NCBI GenBank assembly: GCA_041650355.1
Contig: JBAZLI010000001.1
Span: 1-43,502 of the forward strand
DNA length: 43,502 nt
Reading direction: 5' to 3'
From: Candidatus Micrarchaeia archaeon
Lineage (GTDB): Archaea > Micrarchaeota > Micrarchaeia > Anstonellales > Bilamarchaeaceae
Under the pieces are notes generated by a model. The model ran no database searches. It was not told the DNA's origin and saw only the letters and a program-made list of their open reading frames with translations. The translations under genes and the position numbers were made by a program. Of this stretch, positions 35,355-42,749 are shown one piece after another; position 1 is the stretch's first letter, and each line of letters opens with the position of its first letter.

Positions 35355-38300
35355 ACCATTTGGGTAAGCCTGCTCAAATCTATTTCCTCTCCCATCAGGC
35401 GCCCCACATACGCTGCCGCTGCAGCGGCTCCGAGAAGCGCCATCGTTGGGAGAAGCACAGAGTAGAAGAAAGCTTTCATCGAGATTCCTGCAGCGAACGC
35501 CATGTCGCCTGGCTGCACTTCAGGGCCGTTGTAGCCGCCTCCGCTGAATGCGTTCGCGGAAACCTTGAGGCTGCTCTCCAGGTGCGGGGCAGGTATATTG
35601 ATTAGGTCAGGGTCCGTGGAGCCCACGGTCGCGTAGAGCACTGCAAGGATTGACGGATACACTACGTAGAGCGCGAAGAGCACTGCCAGAAGTATCGAGC
35701 CGAAGCCGCGCATGAACGGGAGCGAGCGCGTCACTATGGCTATGGGGAACATGAACAGGAACAGCCCGCTTCCCACATACTTGAGGAAGAATATGTGCAT
35801 GAACGCCGAGAAGAATGAGAGCGTCGCGGAATTCATCAGGAGCATGAAGCCCGAAGACATGTAGGAAGCGCCGGCCTGGGGGGACGTGGACGCTCCTGTG
35901 CCGCCTATGGAAAGGAAGCACCAGAGCGGGCATTTCCATGTCGAGTAAACCTCTTCTATATTTATCGCGCCCAAGTAGTACCTGTTCTCCAGTATGGCGA
36001 CGTGCGAGAGCTTCGCGGCCCTGAGCAGGTACGCCTCCGCGCCTTCATAAACTGACGCAGAGGAGGTGGAAGCGGCGCCCACTATGGAGGCCATGTCAGC
36101 AACCGTGAACAGGCAGAACGAGTTGAGCAGCACTATCATTATGAATATGAACGCTGCGGACATCACGAGCTGCACTGCCTCGGTCCTTGACCATACTGAA
36201 AGTTTGGGGTCGCTCAGCGCCTGGGAAGCAGCGAACACCAGCCCTATAATCATCGCGGCAAGTATTCCTGCTAAAAGCGAAACCGGGTAGATGTTCTCGT
36301 TGAGCACAGTGTAGAAGTCCTGGGAGCAGAAGAAGCCCGAGCCGCCTGGCTGGCCTGAGCTGCTGACCTCGAAAACCACTTCCCGCTGCATCATGCCGCC
36401 TGCAGCGCTGAACGCGTAAACGTGCAGGGTGTGCGTTCCATCGGAAGGGTCCAGCGTAATCGGCCCGCCGCATTCCACGTCTGTTTCAGGGCCGCTGTTG
36501 AGCTTCCACGAGCAGCGCACCGCCCCGCTTACATCGTAGTCCACGTGCACCGGCGTTGAAGTTACGTTCTGTCCTGAGACCGGGCTGTTTATTGTGAGCG
36601 CGAGGGGAGCCGCAGTGTCCACAACGAAAGAGACGCTCGCGCTTGCTGTGTTGCCTGCGCTATCCCTTGCTGAAACGGTCACTGTGTGGGGAAGCGAGGA
36701 AAGCGAGCCGAGCGTAATGTTCATGCAGCTGGGAAGAGGAATTGGCCCCCCTGAATCGAGCGCATAGCTGCACGAGGCGTTCTCGGAAATCGAATATTGG
36801 AGCGGTATTGAAGATTGATAATACGTCTTGCCCTCAGGGCTGGCTATGCTGATTGCCGGCGGAACGCTGTCCACCGTGAAATTGACCGTAACGTTCACTA
36901 TGGTGGTGCCGTTGGTCGCGTAAACCGCGAGCGCGTGCCTGCCTTCTGCGAGGGACGCGAGGGTGGCGTTCCAGCAATTCGGAAGGTTAACGCTCGCTCC
37001 CCCGTCCAGGGTGTACCAGCAGGAGCTCGCGAGCTTCACAGTGTAGTTCAGCCTCGCTGCAGTGACGTTGTAAACTTTCTGGACAGGGCTCTGCACCTGG
37101 AGCGAGAGTGCGTTGCTGGTTATCTGGAATGTAACGTTCACTATTGCTGAATGGCAGTTTTGGTCCCTTGCATGCACCTTTACGGTGTGGTTGCCCACAC
37201 CCAAGCCAGTTGGGGTAGCATTCGAGCAGTTAGCCAAACTTTTGTAAGGGCCGTTGTCCACGGCGTATTCGCATATATTGAATCCCGCGGCAGTGTAGTT
37301 GAGCTCGATGGGGGTAAACGGAGGATATACACCGGCTTCGAGCGGGCTCTGTATGGTGAGGTTCGGGTCAGGATACGTGTTTATGCCTGCGAGCCACATG
37401 GAATACGGGGTTGGTGATGAATAAGAAGTTGCGCCTGCCGCCACGTAGCTGGTGTCGGACAGCGGAATCACCGCGGAGATGCTGTTCACGCCCCTGAACG
37501 TCTCGTTAGCGGTCATGTTCCCTTCCGAATCCAGTTTTGAAATCATAGCCCCGGTCCCGCTGCAGCCTGCTCCTTGCCCGCCTAGCACATAGCCGCCGTC
37601 CGGGATCTGCGTGATTGAGTTGGCCCGCGTGGCAGAAGAAAATTCATATGCTTTCTCCCAAACCACGTCGCCGTTGCCGGCTGTTTTTACAATGTATATT
37701 CCTAGATACTTGTCGCCGGCGAGCACGAATCCGCCTGGAATTGAAATCAGGGAATTGCCGTATTCCCACCCGTCGCTTTCGCCATAGGTCCTGTTCCAAA
37801 GGTGCGTGCCGGCAAGGTCGGTCCTTATGAGCCAGAAGTCAGAATTGAAGGAACCTGGAGGAGTGATGTCCCCGAGCACGGCGTAGCCGTCGGGAAGCGC
37901 GACAATTTCCCTGGCCAGGTCGCTTTGGCTCCCTCCGAACGTTTTGCTCCAGTCCACCGCGTGGCTGCTTTCGTCAACTTTGAAGAGCAAAACGTCACTG
38001 TAGAATGCCGGGGCCGTGTATCCAACAGCCACGTAGCCGCCCGGGCCGGCCACGACTGAAATTGCTGCCTGTCCCCCTGCGCCGCCGTAAGTGACGTTCC
38101 ACAAGTGGTTGCCGTTCCGGTCAAGAGCGATTATCCACGCGTCACTGCCCACGGCGCCGAAAGATTCCGTGGAGCCGGCCACCACGTAGCCGCCGGGAGT
38201 TTCTATTATGCCGTTTCCCTGGTCTATTCCTGAGCCGCCGAACGTCTTCTGCCAAACGAGGTTGCCGCTCAGGTCTGTCTTTACCACGTAAATGTCCGAC

Positions 38301-38506
38301 GGCGCGCTGTAGTCGCTCGGGCTGGTGCTTCCGGCCAGCAGGTAAGCGTCTGATGTTTTTATCATGGTTGAAAGCGAAGATGCACCTGAACCCGGGAACG
38401 TCCTGTTCCACTCCACGCCGAAAATGGCGAACGAGGATGAGGAGAGCAGGGCCGCGGCTAGCAGGAGCACGAATGCCTTTCCGCCTGCAAACTCCGTTGT
38501 CATCAT
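35351..38506 (-). CDS. Paralog E: signal peptide, 7-blade beta-propeller-like repeats, 4 Ig-like repeats and the family membrane module
   Basis: ATG 38506 overlaps the upstream stop (ATGA). The protein is 1051 aa. The C-terminal ~315 aa carry the signature FPIAIVTRSLPFMRGFGSILLAVLFALYVVYP and the tail GEEIDLSRLTQMV. The upstream 191 ORF codons overlap paralog D and were rejected. Confidence 0.85.
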   Translation of the reverse strand: MMTTEFAGGKAFVLLLAAALLSSSSFAIFGVEWNRTFPGSGASSLSTMIKTSDAYLLAGSTSPSDYSAPSDIYVVKTDLSGNLVWQKTFGGSGIDQGNGIIETPGGYVVAGSTESFGAVGSDAWIIALDRNGNHLWNVTYGGAGGQAAISVVAGPGGYVAVGYTAPAFYSDVLLFKVDESSHAVDWSKTFGGSQSDLAREIVALPDGYAVLGDITPPGSFNSDFWLIRTDLAGTHLWNRTYGESDGWEYGNSLISIPGGFVLAGDKYLGIYIVKTAGNGDVVWEKAYEFSSATRANSITQIPDGGYVLGGQGAGCSGTGAMISKLDSEGNMTANETFRGVNSISAVIPLSDTSYVAAGATSYSSPTPYSMWLAGINTYPDPNLTIQSPLEAGVYPPFTPIELNYTAAGFNICEYAVDNGPYKSLANCSNATPTGLGVGNHTVKVHARDQNCHSAIVNVTFQITSNALSLQVQSPVQKVYNVTAARLNYTVKLASSCWYTLDGGASVNLPNCWNATLASLAEGRHALAVYATNGTTIVNVTVNFTVDSVPPAISIASPEGKTYYQSSIPLQYSISENASCSYALDSGGPIPLPSCMNITLGSLSSLPHTVTVSARDSAGNTASASVSFVVDTAAPLALTINSPVSGQNVTSTPVHVDYDVSGAVRCSWKLNSGPETDVECGGPITLDPSDGTHTLHVYAFSAAGGMMQREVVFEVSSSGQPGGSGFFCSQDFYTVLNENIYPVSLLAGILAAMIIGLVFAASQALSDPKLSVWSRTEAVQLVMSAAFIFIMIVLLNSFCLFTVADMASIVGAASTSSASVYEGAEAYLLRAAKLSHVAILENRYYLGAINIEEVYSTWKCPLWCFLSIGGTGASTSPQAGASYMSSGFMLLMNSATLSFFSAFMHIFFLKYVGSGLFLFMFPIAIVTRSLPFMRGFGSILLAVLFALYVVYPSILAVLYATVGSTDPDLINIPAPHLESSLKVSANAFSGGGYNGPEVQPGDMAFAAGISMKAFFYSVLLPTMALLGAAAAAAYVGRLMGEEIDLSRLTQMV
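36365..37366 (-). repeat. Four tandem ~83-aa Ig-like repeats with a conserved Cys pair
   Basis: Each unit opens with L(T/S)(I/V)xSP, contains C(E/W/S)(Y/W)x(L/V)(D/N)xG...(N/S/E)C, and ends with V(T/N/S/V)F. Confidence 0.75.
37382..38419 (-). repeat. Seven ~50-aa beta-propeller-type (SBBP-like) repeats
   Basis: The pattern W(N/Q/S/E)(R/K/V)T(F/Y)GG...GGY(V/A)(V/L)AG recurs at WNRTF, WQKTF, WNVTY, WSKTF, WNRTY and WEKAY, plus a degenerate seventh (ANETF). Confidence 0.7.
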
Positions 38507-39435
38507 ATCAGCCTGCCCAAAGCGTGAACGTCCACCTCTGCCCCCGCGATGGAGGAAAGGTACCTTATGGAAATGACCGCGACCGCGAGCGAAACCACCA
38601 CGCACAGCGTGGCGTCCATTATCGCGTAGTACAGGAGCGGGCGTATTATGGCGTCGCGGTTTTGTATCGCGCCCTGGAACGTCGCTATGGCCGCGTTCTC
38701 GTTGCCTGTCCCCTGGATCGCGTAGTGATCGCACGATTGGACGTTTATGGGCGAGGGGTCCGAGACTGGAACGCTCGGGTCCGCAATTATGCCGTGAAGG
38801 TAGCTGTAAGTTATGGGCATCACGACGTAAAACGCGAGCCCCACCGCCATCAGGAGCCCGCCTGCGCCCCGCGTGTACTTGAACGTGCGCATGAAGAGGC
38901 CGAGCGGGAAGAAGAGCGTGAATATGTACGTCTCGGCGAAATCCATCAGGAACATCATGCCCTGGAGCTCTGCGAGCGCGGTCGCGGTGAGCTGGAAGCC
39001 CAGTGAAAGCGCCGGGCCAAGCATCCTGAATCCCGAGCAGGAGCTGACGCCGAAGCCCGCGGCAGAGAAGCTGCACCATATGGACTTGCTCCCTTCCTTC
39101 CCGAGTTCCATCGCGGCTTTTCCGAGTATGCCGTTTATATCGGTTATCTTGTCTATCGTGGCGCCCACGTCCGCAGTGGCGCTTATGTGCGCGCCCTGCA
39201 CGATGGGCTGCACCACTGCTATGAATCCGGCCACCATGACCGCGGTGATCATCACCTGGAACAGTTCCTCTTTTGCAAGGAATTTCAATTCGTTGGATTC
39301 AATGCCATAGCCTACTGCGAACAATATGCCGAGCGCAGCGACCGACGCGAGTATCGCCACTATGCTGAGGTCCTGCCACGCAGACTGGGCAAAGGCAAGC
39401 GGAACCAGCAGGAGCGCGAGCATCAGTTTTTTCAT
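38503..39435 (-). CDS. Polytopic membrane protein, paralog D
   Basis: 310 aa with the signal peptide MKKLMLALLLVPLAFA. The signature is FPLGLFMRTFKYTRGAGGLLMAVGLAFYVVMP and the tail is GAEVDVHALGRLI. The ATG abuts the upstream TGA. Confidence 0.85.
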   Translation of the reverse strand: MKKLMLALLLVPLAFAQSAWQDLSIVAILASVAALGILFAVGYGIESNELKFLAKEELFQVMITAVMVAGFIAVVQPIVQGAHISATADVGATIDKITDINGILGKAAMELGKEGSKSIWCSFSAAGFGVSSCSGFRMLGPALSLGFQLTATALAELQGMMFLMDFAETYIFTLFFPLGLFMRTFKYTRGAGGLLMAVGLAFYVVMPITYSYLHGIIADPSVPVSDPSPINVQSCDHYAIQGTGNENAAIATFQGAIQNRDAIIRPLLYYAIMDATLCVVVSLAVAVISIRYLSSIAGAEVDVHALGRLI

Positions 39436-41673
39436 TCACAGCACCTTCGCGTAGCCCGGAATTTCGAAGTCCCCTCCGAATATGGGCGAGAATCCCCTGA
39501 TGAACATGAGCGTGACCGCGATGTTGATGAGCGGCAGCAAATAGGCCGGAAGGAGCATCCGGCTCACGTTCTTTATGTCCTCCCTCCCGAACATGCCTTC
39601 GCTGGATTTTTTCGCGAATTCGGCAGCGGTGAGGAGCGCGGGCTTGAGGAACGTCCCGGTAGTGCAGTCTTCGGCGCAGCTGAGCGCCACGTAGGGCTTG
39701 AAGAAGCAGTAGTCCTTGGGAACGTCCAGGCAGGAATTGCACCTCGCGCTAGGCTTGGAGCAGTTGCGCCCGTAGCACTGGCACGTGTGCGTGTTGTTGT
39801 TCCAGAACCTGTCGCTCGGGTGGTTGAGGCACGTACCCGCGGTGTTCGAGGAGCACTCGTAGTGCCGCACCACCTGCAGGTCGGTCCCAGTCACCACTTC
39901 CTCGTTGTCAGGGCTTTCGTCCACGCTCGGCTGCTGGGAAACCGTGACGTTGCCTCCGCTCGTGGTCGCGTAAAAATTCGCGCAGTCGCTCACCCCTTCC
40001 ACGAAAATGCAGCACTCCGGACCCGAGCACTCACAGTCCGGCATCTCGGGAACTATGTAGGCGCAGGATTCCGCAGGGTCCATGTCGGCCTTGCAGTTCA
40101 TCGTTGCCTGCGAGTAATCGTTCGTGTAGGTTGCCCCGGTCGTAGGGTCGGTAAGGCTGGATTGGGTGCAGCTTTCTGGCCTTCCGGAAATGTCGCTCAC
40201 CACCTGGCCCTGCGCGTCGAGCGTCTGTCTCAGAAGCGCAATCCGGCAGTTGAACGGCGCGGAAACCGGGCTGGAATAGCTGAAACCCGGCTCGAAGCAG
40301 GACGTGCAGTCCGCGTTGAGCGGCGCAATCACCTTGCAGTCGTCGGGGCAGATAGGGGTATTGTCTGCATTAAGGCAAACGTCCGAAGACCCGCCCGCTA
40401 TTGCCACTTCCCGGACTATTTTGCACCCACGGGGCATTTCCATGCACGCGAGCTCGACTTTCGCGTTGGAGCATTCATAGATTGAGTAGGGATATGGAAG
40501 TTCCCTGCAATAGTCCGGGCAATAGTAGTCCCCGAACTCGTTGTTGTGCCCGTTCCGGGCATGGGTGGAATTTATTTCAATGGAGATGTTCTCGCACGAG
40601 CCTGCGTTCCCGTACGAAAAGCGCGAGCCGTTCTCCAATCCTTCCAGGATGGCGCGGCGCTCAGATTCGGATATTGTGCTCCCGGAAGGCTTGTTATCCT
40701 CTATTATCTCGGTTATATTGTAATATCCGGTACTTTGGTCCGAAATGGAATACGCAATCGGCGCCTCCATCCCGCATTCCTTCGGGCAGTCCGGGTTCGG
40801 CATCGCGAAAAGCCGGTCGCCGTAAACGGCAACATTGAGCGTTATCATGTTCCACAGGTACATCATCGGGAAGACGAACATTATGCCCAGCGCGACAGCC
40901 ATGAGCATGCCGCCGGCGCGCCTGGTGAGGAAGAAGCCGCGCCCCACTATCCCTATCAGCAGGAGCACCGGCCCGACCAAGTAAGCAACCTTGTTCACGA
41001 AGAACTGCTGCACCCCGAGCGCGTATATTATCGAGCCGAACATCTCTATTTCCTGGTTGTAGCGCTCCACGTCCAGTATGAGGAAGCCGTTGTTCGCCCA
41101 GCTTATGTAGCCCCAGAGGCAGGGCGGAATCAGGAGCGTGCCGCAGGAAAACGTCTGCCTTTCCGATGCTGTGGAGCCTGCGCTCACGCTCGCGGTGAAA
41201 GCTGAACGCGAGCTTTCCTGGGAAAGGTTGATGAGGCCGTCTAAGTAGACATTGGAGACCTTTATCAGGCAGAATTCAGAAGAGTCGCACTGCACCGGGC
41301 TTCCGGGCGACCTGTTCACCTCGTCCGCGACCGCCATGTCCACGAAAACCAGGCATCCTATTGTGGCTAGCACTATCACCACAGTCACTATCGTCTGGGC
41401 CCACTCCACGTTCGCCCATGCCTTGAGGTCGGGAAGGTTGAGCGGGTCTGCAATCATGCGCGCGAACCCCACGAGGAACACCATTATCAGCGCTAATGTT
41501 ACCGAAAGCTCCTTCCACTGGTTGAGAATCCCGGTGGAGTAGAAGGGCGAGCCTGCTTCCACAGCGCCCAGGCCCTGCTCGGTCTCCTTCACGACTTCGC
41601 TCACGTTGGATGCAGCGGCAAACGCGGAGCCTGCCAGAACGGCAAACAGCAGGAGCAATAGTATCCTTCTCAT
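39436..41673 (-). CDS. Paralog C: family membrane module split by a ~400-aa Cys-rich extracytoplasmic insertion
   Basis: ATG 41673 overlaps the upstream stop (ATGA). The protein is 745 aa. The signature is LIGIVGRGFFLTRRAGGMLMAVALGIMFVFP. An insertion at aa ~290-690 holds ~32 Cys, including CPKEC, CPDYC and CPDDC. A final TM follows, then the tail GGDFEIPGYAKVL. Confidence 0.85.
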   Translation of the reverse strand: MRRILLLLLFAVLAGSAFAAASNVSEVVKETEQGLGAVEAGSPFYSTGILNQWKELSVTLALIMVFLVGFARMIADPLNLPDLKAWANVEWAQTIVTVVIVLATIGCLVFVDMAVADEVNRSPGSPVQCDSSEFCLIKVSNVYLDGLINLSQESSRSAFTASVSAGSTASERQTFSCGTLLIPPCLWGYISWANNGFLILDVERYNQEIEMFGSIIYALGVQQFFVNKVAYLVGPVLLLIGIVGRGFFLTRRAGGMLMAVALGIMFVFPMMYLWNMITLNVAVYGDRLFAMPNPDCPKECGMEAPIAYSISDQSTGYYNITEIIEDNKPSGSTISESERRAILEGLENGSRFSYGNAGSCENISIEINSTHARNGHNNEFGDYYCPDYCRELPYPYSIYECSNAKVELACMEMPRGCKIVREVAIAGGSSDVCLNADNTPICPDDCKVIAPLNADCTSCFEPGFSYSSPVSAPFNCRIALLRQTLDAQGQVVSDISGRPESCTQSSLTDPTTGATYTNDYSQATMNCKADMDPAESCAYIVPEMPDCECSGPECCIFVEGVSDCANFYATTSGGNVTVSQQPSVDESPDNEEVVTGTDLQVVRHYECSSNTAGTCLNHPSDRFWNNNTHTCQCYGRNCSKPSARCNSCLDVPKDYCFFKPYVALSCAEDCTTGTFLKPALLTAAEFAKKSSEGMFGREDIKNVSRMLLPAYLLPLINIAVTLMFIRGFSPIFGGDFEIPGYAKVL

Positions 41674-42749
41674 CCGAGCACCTTCAGCGCCTTGTTCACA
41701 GAGGTCATGAACGCGATGAATATTATTATGGTTATGTTGGGCAGCAGGAACGCCTGGGGGTAGAGCCTTGCGACAGCGAGCAGGTTCGCAGGGGAGTCGC
41801 ACGCGAGCGCCTGGTTCGGGCCGCCCGTGGTTTCTGCTTCCCCGCCCCAGATGGAAACCGGGTCTGCTATCACGTCTTTGTACCTGTCGCAGTCCTGCGG
41901 GGTGAACGTGTACTGGTACATTATCGCGTTCAGCGCCACGAACACCGGTATTATCAGGTAAATCCCCACGGAGAACGCGATGAGCATGTTCCCTATCTGG
42001 CGTGTGGGCGCGAAGAAGCGGAGCACGAACGCGCCGGGCAGGAGAAGCCCGAGGATTGCGGAGGTGTTCACACCCTCCGGGCCCTCCGTCTTGTAGCCCA
42101 CGAAGTAGCGCATGAATATGTCCTGCGTGTATATGCTCACGTAGGCGGGTATCACGAACATGTTGTTCACGTTGTCTATGAACGCGGCTTGGGAGCGCAT
42201 GTACGCCTTGGGCGCGAACGTGGTCCCGGAAAGAAGGCCGTAATAGCTCACGTAACCCGAGGCCTTGAGCTGCAGGTCTATGTTGGCTTTCGTGTATGTG
42301 TTGATTATCTCCTTCGCGTCGGATTCCATCAGGCGCATGTAGCACACGGAAACGGACTGCACGTCCGTGCTTTCCCCGTAGCACGGGTCGTTGAGCGAGC
42401 CTTTGTTTATGTTCTCGTAGGCGAAGTTGAACGCGCTCCCGACGAGCGCGCAGCTCACGCTCATTATCATTCCGAACAGGACGAGTATCGCTATTGAAAC
42501 GCCCAGATGGAAAAATTCATCCTTCACGAGCAGGATGTACTCCTGCCTGTTCAGGGCGTAGGCAACCATGTATATGAGCGCGAGCGCCGCGATGGTTGTG
42601 AATATTATGAGCGCAATCAAGCCCCCTGCACCGTCGTCTATCATCCTGCGCACTGAATCGGCTGCGCACTGACCTGCGCCTACTTCAAGGGTTGGGGCTG
42701 CGCTGGCGAGGGCGATGAAAAGCAGGAGCAGGAGCGCGGATTTTCTCAT
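41670..42749 (-). CDS. Polytopic membrane protein, paralog B
   Basis: ATG 42749 overlaps the upstream stop (ATGA). The protein is 359 aa with the signal peptide MRKSALLLLLFIALASA. The signature is LPGAFVLRFFAPTRQIGNMLIAFSVGIYLIIP. The tail has diverged (NKALKVLG). Confidence 0.85.
   Translation of the reverse strand: MRKSALLLLLFIALASAAPTLEVGAGQCAADSVRRMIDDGAGGLIALIIFTTIAALALIYMVAYALNRQEYILLVKDEFFHLGVSIAILVLFGMIMSVSCALVGSAFNFAYENINKGSLNDPCYGESTDVQSVSVCYMRLMESDAKEIINTYTKANIDLQLKASGYVSYYGLLSGTTFAPKAYMRSQAAFIDNVNNMFVIPAYVSIYTQDIFMRYFVGYKTEGPEGVNTSAILGLLLPGAFVLRFFAPTRQIGNMLIAFSVGIYLIIPVFVALNAIMYQYTFTPQDCDRYKDVIADPVSIWGGEAETTGGPNQALACDSPANLLAVARLYPQAFLLPNITIIIFIAFMTSVNKALKVLG

Noticed and set aside
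38507-39079. Upstream in-frame extensions of the cluster ORFs: 38507..39079, 41674..42384, 42750..43175 and 34282..34521
   Set aside because: These extensions overlap the 3' ends of the upstream paralogs and translate to Arg/His/Pro/Gly-rich junk. Internal ATGs sit exactly on ATGA junctions and are followed at once by classic signal peptides.
39187-40485. 432-aa plus-strand ORF, with similar ORFs at 40546..41205, 41610..42497, 30238..31161, 27249..28031, 16655..17593, 9035..9859 and 11489..12586
   Set aside because: All are antisense to genes that have clear signal peptides, TM helices or catalytic motifs. Their Arg/His/Gly/Val-rich translations have no domain features.
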